64,000 bases of DNA, from NCBI GenBank assembly GCA_963776275.1, contig CAVZMI010000029.1, positions 23,123 to 87,122 of the forward strand, read 5' to 3'. This DNA is from Ignavibacteriota bacterium. Its GTDB lineage: Bacteria > Bacteroidota > Ignavibacteria > UBA10030 > CAVZMI01. This document shows, piece by piece, positions 52,515 through 61,466 of the stretch. The stretch's first letter is position 1, and every line of letters begins with the position of its first letter. A program made the position numbers and the translations under genes. The notes below the pieces were generated by a model. It was not told the DNA's origin. It saw only the letters and a program-made list of their open reading frames with translations, and did not search any database.

Positions 52515-53222
52515 TTATGGTTGTGAATTGTTCCTTATAATTTCATCAAACTCTACCATCATTTGTGGAACCAGCATCGGTAGAATTAATTCCCAGTGAG
52601 GATCTTCATTTTGGACAATTCCCTTTGCAACTGCTTTCTGCCAGAGGTCAAGTTTTGCCTGATCTGGAAGTAAGTAAAATTGCGCCTGGAGGCGCTTACA
52701 TTTTTTATCGATTCGTTCTGCATGTTTGCGGATTTGTTCTCTTATTTTACCACTCCACCAGATTTGTACATCAATTAGACCCTGCCTTGCGAATTCTTCC
52801 TCATTCATCGATCCAATTTTAAGTCGAATATATTCATCTCTTCTTTTTTGGATCCGATGTTCAAAAATCATTTCAATCTCTGCCGAGCTATAAAGGGTTT
52901 CAGAGTTAAGAAACATATCAAGAGTAATTGCCCGAAAATCCTTCGTTTTGACTACGTTCTTTGCCCATTCTAAAATTTTTTCGATGGGTTCCGGTTGATT
53001 ATTCAGAGACACTGCCAATGCTCGTCGTTCATCGTCGGAAAGATGAATTTGCTTCATGTTTTCGACCCATTGAACAATTTTAACAATCCTGGCATATCGT
53101 GCAGCATCACTCTCTGCGACGGACTGGAGTTTGTTCAAAAGTGCGTCGAGCGTCTTCGTTTGTTGTAGATCCACCTGCTCTCGCAGATCGACCTTCTTGA
53201 TTACTTCTTGAATGCTTTCCAT
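52515..53222 (-). CDS. hypothetical replication-module protein
   Basis: 235-aa ORF with no P-loop. Overlaps the upstream ORF by 116 nt. Confidence 0.45.
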   Translation of the reverse strand: MESIQEVIKKVDLREQVDLQQTKTLDALLNKLQSVAESDAARYARIVKIVQWVENMKQIHLSDDERRALAVSLNNQPEPIEKILEWAKNVVKTKDFRAITLDMFLNSETLYSSAEIEMIFEHRIQKRRDEYIRLKIGSMNEEEFARQGLIDVQIWWSGKIREQIRKHAERIDKKCKRLQAQFYLLPDQAKLDLWQKAVAKGIVQNEDPHWELILPMLVPQMMVEFDEIIRNNSQP

Positions 53223-53991
53223 TTTTCACCGTTAAAAATAGTCTTGTGAATTGTTTCCGTAATGCTGACACCGAGAGAATATTTATTTTCCAAAATGGAT
53301 CATGTTGACAAAATTCGATTATTATTCTTATCTCATTTGGATTGCGTTTGTCAAGGCGTATTAGCCTATCCATTTCCATTGCCCATTCTTCAAAATTTGG
53401 TCTTTTCACTTTGGGATCGTTTTTAAGCATTCTCGCGTATAGGAGTCTTGATAATTTCATCGGAGGTAATTCTTTTGGGAATCGTTCCGACGCTCTTTTT
53501 CTTTTGTCCTTGTCCTTGTCCTTGTCCTTGTCCTTGTCCTTAACCCCTTCTATGCCCTCAATTTGATCTCTATTTGAGATCAAATTGGAGTCAAGTTGAC
53601 CTCCATTTGAGGTCAAGTTGAGGTCAAGTTGAGTTCTTAAATAGGGTGTTGGATCAATCCCATTTTGAATAAGTAAATTGATTGCTGAATTATGCATCCG
53701 ATTCTTATCGTTCAAAATTCCACCGTATTGGAACTCTATGAATCCCGTTAAAAACCACCTCCCATTATCCAGAACCTTTATTCGTTCTTTGTCCACATTA
53801 ACTGTTTCAATAAACTCTTGAAGATTGACTTTCGCCCCAATCAATCTGTTAAATGTCGTACTATTCGGCCGCCATATTCCCGCATGATCACATGTATCTT
53901 TTATGAATCCCCATAGGAGTTTGTAATTCTTTGACAATCCAATAAACCAGTCTTCTTTCCATATTTCTGTATCTGTGTATCTTTTTGCCAT
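53107..53991 (-). CDS. replisome organizer / replication initiator (DnaD/DnaB_2-like C-terminal domain)
   Basis: 294 aa. N-terminal WKEDWFIGLSKNYKLLWGFIKDTCDHAGIW. C-terminal WAMEMDRLIRLDKRNPNEIRIIIEFCQHDPFWKINILSVSALRKQFTRL fits the DnaD-like pattern. Iterons lie in the linker. Confidence 0.6.
   Translation of the reverse strand: MAKRYTDTEIWKEDWFIGLSKNYKLLWGFIKDTCDHAGIWRPNSTTFNRLIGAKVNLQEFIETVNVDKERIKVLDNGRWFLTGFIEFQYGGILNDKNRMHNSAINLLIQNGIDPTPYLRTQLDLNLTSNGGQLDSNLISNRDQIEGIEGVKDKDKDKDKDKDKRKRASERFPKELPPMKLSRLLYARMLKNDPKVKRPNFEEWAMEMDRLIRLDKRNPNEIRIIIEFCQHDPFWKINILSVSALRKQFTRLFLTVKNGKHSRSNQEGRSARAGGSTTNEDARRTFEQTPVRRRE
53506..53541 (-). repeat. hexanucleotide tandem repeat (GTCCTT)x6 encoding (KD)n
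   Basis: Six perfect units, translated as KDKDKDKDKDKDK in the replisome organizer linker. Confidence 0.9.
53565..53632. other. putative replication origin: palindromes plus three phased GTCAAGTTGA iterons
   Basis: GATCTC-TATTT-GAGATC at 53565-53581. GTCAAGTTGA at 53590, 53612 and 53623, giving spacings of 22 and 11 bp. Lies inside the initiator gene, as in the lambda O/ori arrangement. Confidence 0.5.
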
Positions 53992-53997
53992 AAGGAC

Positions 53998-54498
53998 CTA
54001 TGCCGGTATGCATTCAAGTTGATTGTAGAGCGCTGATACTATTGGATCTTCTTTTTTTGATTTTTTTGTTTCATTTATCGTTGCCGGTTTTTGTACCAGA
54101 ACCGGCGCCATTACAGATTGAAATTGAGCCGCATCAAGTCCCATCAATGACCAATCTATTGCATTTCTCCTACGTTTAAGACTTTTACGAGCGCAAACAA
54201 GCTCCTCATGATTTAGCGCCCAAAAATATCCTCTACCACGATGACCGATGGCTATCGGATTATGATTGCCCCTTAACCAATTGATCATTTTTCGTAATTG
54301 AATATCATTGATTGTTATTCCGTCCGATGCTTTCAGCCGCTCACATATTTCTCGGCCGAGAATAGGTTTAAGAGGTGTAACACTTCCGGATGCTCGGGAT
54401 GATTTAAGCTTCCTCGCAATCTTTATGGCGATGGCTTTCAGATCATCCTTAATGTTAAAATCATCAATCTCTTCTTCGAGCTCATTCATAATAGACAC
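53998..54498 (-). CDS. hypothetical protein
   Basis: 166-aa ORF. Confidence 0.45.
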   Translation of the reverse strand: MSIMNELEEEIDDFNIKDDLKAIAIKIARKLKSSRASGSVTPLKPILGREICERLKASDGITINDIQLRKMINWLRGNHNPIAIGHRGRGYFWALNHEELVCARKSLKRRRNAIDWSLMGLDAAQFQSVMAPVLVQKPATINETKKSKKEDPIVSALYNQLECIPA

Positions 54499-54749
54499 AG
54501 CTGATTCGGATCGTCTGTCAAATAATATTTTCTCAAATTTTCTATAACCGATCTATTCTTGGGCGTATCTCTGAAACTCCACTGTTTATCATTCTCATTG
54601 TAAGTGAATCCATCGGGATTCTTCTCCGTCAGAACCCCAATGGAAGTTTTGATCCCGCTTATAACTGCTCGCGCCCCGCCAGCGCTATGATTCCAATCCT
54701 CGGAATCAAACAGCAGATATATGTATCCCGCTTGAGTAGATATTTTCAT
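54486..54749 (-). CDS. hypothetical protein
   Basis: 87-aa ORF. Confidence 0.4.
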   Translation of the reverse strand: MKISTQAGYIYLLFDSEDWNHSAGGARAVISGIKTSIGVLTEKNPDGFTYNENDKQWSFRDTPKNRSVIENLRKYYLTDDPNQLCLL

Positions 54750-54802
54750 TTGGTTCTGTTATTAAAAAAGGAAAGAGCAATTACCGCTTAAAGCTTTTTA
54801 TA

Positions 54803-55339
54803 CTATTCAGTTGTTACACCCTCGGTGAGTTGTTTGGGTTTTCCCCCCGATTCCAGTACTTCATACTCAGCAGCTACCGCTCCCGCCGCACCATGCTCTT
54901 CAAATGGAAGCTCCTGCTGTGGCTTTACTATGATTATTGTTATTACATTTTTGAGATTAGAAACAATTTCACCGGCCGTATCTGCATCGATATCACTGCA
55001 TTTTATTTTGATCTTTGCTACCAGATTACCACCAGCATCAAGCGCACCAGTTTCGATGTCTGTGAGCTCACAACCGATCTTATCAAAACCCGGAAAATCC
55101 AACAACAATCCGTCGTGTTTCAGAAAAGCAATAGGAATGTGACCTTCAATCGGTAATTCGCCAGTGAGGATTCTTCTCAATCCATCACTTTTTTCTTTAG
55201 CTATAACGTCATCGAGAAAGTTTATGTCCTGAGTGCGAACCATCCCGACAATTGTAATTCCGATGATATTTCCACCCTCTTTTTCATATGCAAACGGAGA
55301 TGTTGCCGAAATATCGAGGCTGAATGGTTTGTCATACAT
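54803..55339 (-). CDS. hypothetical protein
   Basis: 178-aa ORF. Confidence 0.45.
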   Translation of the reverse strand: MYDKPFSLDISATSPFAYEKEGGNIIGITIVGMVRTQDINFLDDVIAKEKSDGLRRILTGELPIEGHIPIAFLKHDGLLLDFPGFDKIGCELTDIETGALDAGGNLVAKIKIKCSDIDADTAGEIVSNLKNVITIIIVKPQQELPFEEHGAAGAVAAEYEVLESGGKPKQLTEGVTTE

Positions 55340-55351
55340 GATTTCGATTCC

Positions 55352-55726
55352 TTATTTTTGGTCTTTGGAGTGTTTCCGGTCCGATTGCATTTCAATGAGT
55401 TCAATTTTTAGGTTTTCACATTGTAGCTCGATCGTATCGCTTAACCGCCGGCGTAACGCATTCAACCTACCTTCAATTGTTTTTCCTATCTCGATTTTAA
55501 ATTTCCATTCCGGTATCTGTGCATTCGCCGCGGTTATTTCTGCCGCTTTGTTGTTGTACCAACGGTCAATCTTTTCACCCAAAAAACATAACCGTCCCAT
55601 ATTGCTGCTACGAATTCTTAAAATCTGTAATGCATTTGCTGCTGAATATCCAATCGTCAGGCTTGTTGCCATTCCGCTCATTTCTTTTAAAACATTTTCC
55701 ATTTCAGTGATTGTGGATTCGTCCAT
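55352..55726 (-). CDS. hypothetical protein
   Basis: 124-aa ORF. Confidence 0.45.
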   Translation of the reverse strand: MDESTITEMENVLKEMSGMATSLTIGYSAANALQILRIRSSNMGRLCFLGEKIDRWYNNKAAEITAANAQIPEWKFKIEIGKTIEGRLNALRRRLSDTIELQCENLKIELIEMQSDRKHSKDQK

Positions 55727-55734
55727 GCATCATC

Positions 55735-56145
55735 TCAAAATGGAAGGTCTGATTCGTTTTGAACTGTACCAGTTGCAGCTGCTGATGATTGGTTTTCCGC
55801 AGCTTCGCTCGACGATGTTTGCCTTGGAGCTCCATCGAGCATGATTAAACTCTCAGCCAAGATTTCAGTGATATAACGTTTCACACCATTTTTATCGTCG
55901 TAGCTTCGTGTTTGAATCCGTCCTTCGATATAAACTCTTTTCCCCTTCTTCAGCCACTCGCCGCATATTTCTGCAAGTTTTCTCCAGGCAACAATATTGT
56001 GCCACTCGGTGCGTTCCTGCAGATTTCCATCCTGATCCTTCCAGCTCTCGCTTGTCGCGATGGCAACTCCGCTTGTGGTATATCGGAGCTCAGGGTCCTT
56101 CCCGAGATTTCCGATGAGCATCGCTTTATTCAGACTTTTCGCCAT
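55735..56145 (-). CDS. ssb: single-stranded DNA-binding protein
   Basis: 136 aa. [48 protein letters not shown] is an OB fold. The acidic C-terminal tip ends in DLPF. Confidence 0.9.
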   Translation of the reverse strand: MAKSLNKAMLIGNLGKDPELRYTTSGVAIATSESWKDQDGNLQERTEWHNIVAWRKLAEICGEWLKKGKRVYIEGRIQTRSYDDKNGVKRYITEILAESLIMLDGAPRQTSSSEAAENQSSAAATGTVQNESDLPF

Positions 56146-57106
56146 CTGAAGTCTCCGATGATGTGACGGTTGTGGTTTCAGTAAATATTCTCTTACTCAC
56201 GTATCTCAGCGCGTCGCCGTTATGCTTCACCGCCTCCAGACATACCTCAACCGTCTGTTCCTTCACGTATCTCAGCGCGTAGCCGTCCCGACGCACCGCC
56301 TCCAGACATACCTCAACCGTCTGTTCCTTCACGTATCTCAGCGCGTCGCCGTTATGCTTCACCGCCTCCAGACATACCTCAACCGTCTGTTCCTTCACGT
56401 ACTGAAGCGCGTAGCCGTCCTGACGCACCGCCTCCAGACATACCTCAACCGTCTGTTCCTTCACGTACTGAAGCGCGTCGCCGTTATGCTTCACCGCCTC
56501 CAGACATACCTCAACCGTCTGTTCCTTCACGTACTGAAGCGCGTCGCCGTCCCGACGCACCGCCTCCAGACATACCTCAACCGTCTGTTCCTTCACGTAT
56601 CTCAGCGCGTAGCCGTCCTGACGCACCGCCTCCAGACATACCTCAACCGTCTGTTCCTTCACGTACTGAAGCGCGTCGCCGTCCTGACGCACCGCCTCCA
56701 GACATACCTCAACCGTCTGTTCCTTCACGTATCTCAGCGCGTAGCCGTTATGCTTCACCGCCTCCAGACATACCTCAACCGTCTGTTCCTTCACGTACTG
56801 AAGCGCGTCGCCGTTATGCTTCACCGCCTCCAGACATACCTCAACCGTCTGTTCCTTCACGTACTGAAGCGCGTCGCCGTTATGCTTCACCGCCTCCAGA
56901 CATACCTCAACCGTCTGTTCCTTCACGTACTGAAGCGCGTCGCCGTCCTGACGCACCGCCTCCAGACATACCTCAACCGTCTGTTCCTTCACGTACTGAA
57001 GCGCGTCGCCGTCCTGACGCACCGCCTCCAGAGCTTTTTCGCCTATTAGTTCGATGATTTCTGATTCTCGGCGATTGATCGATACCAAAAATAACTTGAG
57101 ATCCAT
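56126..57106 (-). CDS. tandem-repeat protein (DUF4116-like 22-aa repeats x13)
   Basis: 326 aa. The unit LEAV[RQD/KHN/RRD]G[D/Y]AL[Q/R][10 protein letters not shown] repeats 13 times. Short unique N- and C-termini. Confidence 0.7.
   Translation of the reverse strand: MDLKLFLVSINRRESEIIELIGEKALEAVRQDGDALQYVKEQTVEVCLEAVRQDGDALQYVKEQTVEVCLEAVKHNGDALQYVKEQTVEVCLEAVKHNGDALQYVKEQTVEVCLEAVKHNGYALRYVKEQTVEVCLEAVRQDGDALQYVKEQTVEVCLEAVRQDGYALRYVKEQTVEVCLEAVRRDGDALQYVKEQTVEVCLEAVKHNGDALQYVKEQTVEVCLEAVRQDGYALQYVKEQTVEVCLEAVKHNGDALRYVKEQTVEVCLEAVRRDGYALRYVKEQTVEVCLEAVKHNGDALRYVSKRIFTETTTVTSSETSDGEKSE
56198..57031 (-). repeat. 66-bp tandem repeat array (about 12.6 units), coding
   Basis: Exact 66-nt periodicity (for example CGCCTCCAGA at 56231 and 56297). 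The units are identical except at a few codons. Confidence 0.95.
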
Positions 57107-57136
57107 AATCCTCTCCTTTTTTCTCTTCTGAGTAAT

Positions 57137-59548
57137 TCAGTTTATGATTTGTATGCCCGTTTTCTTATCAAGATGGATCCTTTGCGGTATCTGCTGCCAC
57201 AGTTCTGGCGTCTGCGATATGATCATCCCGTAATACCGCTTTCCGAGTGTGAATGATTCTCGCATCATCTTTAGAAATTTGTCCTTGTTATCAGGATCCA
57301 AAGGACCGTCTGCTTCATCGGAGTAAGATGTTAAATATTCCTTTCCGGATTTCTGAGAAAGATAGATCGATATCCCTTCGCTGATTGCTCTGTCAACCCA
57401 TACAGCCTCGCCTCCGGAGAGCATCTCCAGTTTCTTCTCTGTTCCGTTTCCAAAAACCTTAATTTCGAATGTCTCTTTTTGTTTGCCTTCTGTTGTTATT
57501 CGTGTCGTCTCAAATTGTATTTGAAATCTGGACCCGAAAGTGTTCGCCAGTAATTCGTTTGTTATTGAGGTCACTGCGACACCGGCGTAATCTAATTCAA
57601 TGGCCGGGATACCATCCCTGGAGAATGCTTTCTGTAGAAGGAGCCAGTACTCAATTTCTTTTCCCAGCTTCTGGAGTTCGCCCGATTTCAGCTTTTTCAG
57701 TTCGGCTTCCAGTTTATCCAATCGCTCCAATTCATTCCTCACTGATATCAGCTCACCCTGCAACTCTGCATCCCGAGCAGCGATGATCATAAGTTCGTTT
57801 TCGTTACTCGCTATCTTCTTTATCAACTCGGTCCGCTGACCTCGTAATTCGTCCAGTTTTCTTGCAACCTCTGACAACCTCTGCCATTCATTGTTCTTCT
57901 CTTCCAATTGCCCTTTATATTCCTTAAGGCTCTGCTCTTTGCGGATCTCGAGACTTCGGATCTGCTCATCGATTGAGCTTAAGACTTCATTTTTAGCTTT
58001 GATGATGGTCTCTGCTTCGCGCAATTCGACCTGTATTTCTTCCCACCGTTTTGCTTCGATCTCCTTGATTTGTACCTTTACCGTCGCATGATGCTTTGCA
58101 TCATAACCGATCGCCGCTTTCTGCTTCTCAAATTCAACTGCCTGTCCGTTGGGTGGAGGATTTTGTATCAACATAGCGAGCTGCTGCTGTGCTTCAACTT
58201 TTTTCTCGTTCCCCTTTTCGGCGAAAGATTCATAGATTAGTTCGATCTCCTTAATTTCCGATCGAACTGCATCGATTTCCTTTCCTGACTCTATAGCACC
58301 CTGTAAGAATTGACATGATTTTTGCATCGTTTCATGTCCATTACATGGTACACTACCAATCAATGCAGCTCTTTTCTCAAGTTCCGATAATCGCTGCTTT
58401 GTATGCCCGATCTTTGTCTCACCTTCACGTTTATGTTGATCGATCTGTAATTCGGTCCTCGATAAGATATTCCGAGCATCCTGGACAGCCATATTATGAG
58501 CACTCTGTTGCCGGCTGAATTCCAATTGATAGTTGTTGAACTCAGAATCTATGATATGAAACCGACTTTCCTTTTCAGATAATGTTTTCTCCTCGATTCT
58601 TAAGGCTTGGAGTTGAGAAACTTGAGTATCTATTTCCGTCTTGTGGCTGACTATTGTTGATTTTCGTTCGATCTCTTTGACGATGAGTATTCTTTTCTGC
58701 TGCAAATCCGCTGCTTCTTTGTTAGATTCGATTTCCAATCCGGAAATCCGCGATAGCAGTACCTTTATATCTTCATTGATTTTTCCGATTCCTTGTATCA
58801 GGCCTTCATTCTCGCCGATCTGCCGATCGTAATCCTCTCTCGTTTTCTGCAACCGAAACCGTTCGATGTTCTTGGCTTCTTTTTGTATCCTCATCTCATC
58901 CAGGTCTTTGAGTAGAATCTGATATTGTTCTGTCAATTGCGGCTTCCGCAATAGTTCAAGAGATTGACTGTCGATCGCGTTTTTCTTCTCCTCATATCGG
59001 ATATCGAGTTCCTTCGCCCTTTGCTTTGTGTATTCCTCATAATATTGATATCGATCAAGAGCGAGAAGCTCAAAAAACAAGGCCTTCCTTTCAGTCACAT
59101 CCAATCTTGCAAAACTTTCATGCCGTTGTGAATTAAAGATCGATCGGAAAAATAACTCTGGAGTACCTAACAATTTCTCGATCACCACATCATAGGTCAT
59201 GTTCTTTCCATCATTCTGCGGTTCACCGTTTTTCCATATATAGGCTTCCGATTTGCCGGTTTCGGCATCGATCGATATGAGTGTTCGAAATTCATCCGTA
59301 CCGATCGCAAAACAGAGTTCACGATATGAATCCTTTAACCGGAAATGATCCTGAAGCTTTCCTTTTCGAGATGCTAACATACGATAGGGGTGAAGATTTT
59401 CAAGTATTGTTGTCTTACCCGCTCCATTGCTGCCTACTAAAGCGACTATCCCGGGGCTGAAATTCGTGAATTCAATTTTTACCTCGTCCAGTCCTATCCC
59501 CTCATATATTCCTATCGCTCCCCGTAATTTTAGTGATATAAGTCTCAC
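57137..59548 (-). CDS. Rad50/SbcC-like SMC ATPase
   Basis: 803 aa. Walker A GSNGAGKTTILE, a long coiled-coil middle region, signature LSGGE and Walker B-like YSDEADGPLD. Confidence 0.8.
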   Translation of the reverse strand: MRLISLKLRGAIGIYEGIGLDEVKIEFTNFSPGIVALVGSNGAGKTTILENLHPYRMLASRKGKLQDHFRLKDSYRELCFAIGTDEFRTLISIDAETGKSEAYIWKNGEPQNDGKNMTYDVVIEKLLGTPELFFRSIFNSQRHESFARLDVTERKALFFELLALDRYQYYEEYTKQRAKELDIRYEEKKNAIDSQSLELLRKPQLTEQYQILLKDLDEMRIQKEAKNIERFRLQKTREDYDRQIGENEGLIQGIGKINEDIKVLLSRISGLEIESNKEAADLQQKRILIVKEIERKSTIVSHKTEIDTQVSQLQALRIEEKTLSEKESRFHIIDSEFNNYQLEFSRQQSAHNMAVQDARNILSRTELQIDQHKREGETKIGHTKQRLSELEKRAALIGSVPCNGHETMQKSCQFLQGAIESGKEIDAVRSEIKEIELIYESFAEKGNEKKVEAQQQLAMLIQNPPPNGQAVEFEKQKAAIGYDAKHHATVKVQIKEIEAKRWEEIQVELREAETIIKAKNEVLSSIDEQIRSLEIRKEQSLKEYKGQLEEKNNEWQRLSEVARKLDELRGQRTELIKKIASNENELMIIAARDAELQGELISVRNELERLDKLEAELKKLKSGELQKLGKEIEYWLLLQKAFSRDGIPAIELDYAGVAVTSITNELLANTFGSRFQIQFETTRITTEGKQKETFEIKVFGNGTEKKLEMLSGGEAVWVDRAISEGISIYLSQKSGKEYLTSYSDEADGPLDPDNKDKFLKMMRESFTLGKRYYGMIISQTPELWQQIPQRIHLDKKTGIQIIN

Positions 59549-59567
59549 GGTCTTTCCCTTTCAGTTT

Positions 59568-60236
59568 TCAACTGTTGAATTGTAGTTTGTCTCGCCAGAT
59601 CTTGAATAATTCAGATGTCGCCCTTACATCTCCGAGACAATAGGTCGCGATCTCCCGGTACCTACCTTCAATGAATAGTTTGTGCACATCACTGCCGACG
59701 ACGTTTTGAGTTTTCGGGCTTTGAATCCCGAATGCCTTACAATAAAAATCCAGATTGAATTTACGGACTGATCCATAGAATGTGAGTTGATCGAGTAAAT
59801 CGCAGTGTAGTTTCGAGTCGTATCGATAAGGCATCAAATTCCTTTGCGGCTTCAGCTGCAGTATTGCCGATCGCAACATCAAGAATGGACAATCAAAACC
59901 ACGGCCGTTGAATGTCACTATCTGATTGAAATTCTTTAGGATCTTCCAGAACGCTTCGATGCATGCAAGTTCGGTACCAGGGATCAATTTTGAACCATCA
60001 ATTTCGGTTTCTGTTGTCTCATCCGATATATAGTATACACACCCTCCACCGGCGTCTGGGTTCATCATGCCGATCGCCACAATCCTGGCTGTGAGCGGAT
60101 ATAGAGCCATTTTTTCAATAGTCTCCTGAGCTTCTTTTTCCCCTTCTGCAAATTTGAGCAGATATTCCTGCCGCACTGGGTCAAAACTTTCCCATGGAAA
60201 AGCTACTGTTTCGATATCGACCACGATAGAGCTCAT
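59568..60236 (-). CDS. DnaQ-fold 3'-5' exonuclease (PolB-exonuclease-like)
   Basis: 222 aa. Exo I VVDIETV, Exo II FNGRGFDCPFL, Exo III YCLGDVRAT. Confidence 0.65.
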   Translation of the reverse strand: MSSIVVDIETVAFPWESFDPVRQEYLLKFAEGEKEAQETIEKMALYPLTARIVAIGMMNPDAGGGCVYYISDETTETEIDGSKLIPGTELACIEAFWKILKNFNQIVTFNGRGFDCPFLMLRSAILQLKPQRNLMPYRYDSKLHCDLLDQLTFYGSVRKFNLDFYCKAFGIQSPKTQNVVGSDVHKLFIEGRYREIATYCLGDVRATSELFKIWRDKLQFNS

Positions 60237-61426
60237 GCCGAGACCTGCCTTTCTACCTCAGCTGCAAGTTCCAGCAATTCTGGTTCGATGTTGATGTTAT
60301 TTACCCTTCCCCATTCCGCTACCTTCTCCGGAAGCGTTTGAACCTTAGCCATTGCCTCACTCCGGATCCGCTCGTCCGGGACAACTACCCATTCTATTTG
60401 GTGTGAATACGCTCCTGGATAGCATCGCTTCACATCTTCTTCAGTGATGAGTTTTCGCTGCTCGGCTCGAACCGTCACCCTCACGCGAAGCTCAGCATCG
60501 ATCCAATCTCTCTCAATCGACAGATCGTCCAATATTCCACCATACATGTATTTCGCTTCGTGTTTCGCCATCGGCCTTGACGGGATCTGTATTTTCCTAA
60601 CTTCTGCACTACCCTTTTGCATTTCCACGATATTGAAAAATTTCGATTCGGTCTCCCCCCAATTGATATGATATGTCGCACCAGAATAAAAACTATGTGT
60701 GCTAATCTGTTGGGCTTTATGGATATGACCCAACGCATTGTAATCAGCACATGCAAGTTCCAGATCATTGGCAGTGATTATAATATCCTGACTGAAAATT
60801 GTCTGGCCATTGGAAAGTTTCGAATCGGCTACATTACAGTGCCCAACCAAGATAGTCGGACATTGGACCTGCTGTGTCAATACTCCCCATCCCAGGAATA
60901 TCTGTTGAAGTTTCTGGATTATCTCGAAATTAGACTCGTCAACCGACATTGTCTTATCTCGCATGAACCAGGCTTTTATCGGATATGGCAGCATGTGCAA
61001 TAAGGCCACCATCTCTTCCGAGACAGAAAACCATTGATCTTCCTGGATCGTTCTAAATGTATATTCACCGATCGGATTTTTATAGAGACCTATGGTCTCC
61101 GCGATATTGGAAAGATGAATAGGATGATATGTTTCGAGTTTTCTGAGTACTTCAAGGCTGCCAGCTGGATCATGATCTTCATTTCCGTACACGATCGCCA
61201 CAGGAGCAATATTGGCAAGTCTTTCTATATGTCCGATCATCGGGTTGACCGCCGAATTACCGTCCAGCATCTGTCTCTTATTTTGCAGATCGCCGGCCAC
61301 AACTATCAGCTGGGGCTTTTCGATCTGCGCTTGTTCTTCAATAAATCGAGAACTTATCAGACACTTCTCAAGCTTTTCGGTATCCCAATGCTCGTCGGCA
61401 ATATGAAGTAACTTTAATGTTGACAT
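60233..61426 (-). CDS. Mre11/SbcD-like calcineurin-fold nuclease
   Basis: 397 aa. HIADEH, VVAGDL, GNEDHD, VGHCN and LGHIHK. Confidence 0.8.
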   Translation of the reverse strand: MSTLKLLHIADEHWDTEKLEKCLISSRFIEEQAQIEKPQLIVVAGDLQNKRQMLDGNSAVNPMIGHIERLANIAPVAIVYGNEDHDPAGSLEVLRKLETYHPIHLSNIAETIGLYKNPIGEYTFRTIQEDQWFSVSEEMVALLHMLPYPIKAWFMRDKTMSVDESNFEIIQKLQQIFLGWGVLTQQVQCPTILVGHCNVADSKLSNGQTIFSQDIIITANDLELACADYNALGHIHKAQQISTHSFYSGATYHINWGETESKFFNIVEMQKGSAEVRKIQIPSRPMAKHEAKYMYGGILDDLSIERDWIDAELRVRVTVRAEQRKLITEEDVKRCYPGAYSHQIEWVVVPDERIRSEAMAKVQTLPEKVAEWGRVNNINIEPELLELAAEVERQVSA

Positions 61427-61466
61427 GCTTCACCTCTGTTGTTGTCGGTCGTGGTGAATAGTTCAG

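Noticed and set aside
56198-57031. A regular 66-bp periodic array that looks like a CRISPR locus at first sight.
   Set aside because: There are no unique spacers. The whole 66-bp unit repeats, the array is one continuous in-frame ORF (22-aa protein repeats), and no cas genes or leader are present.
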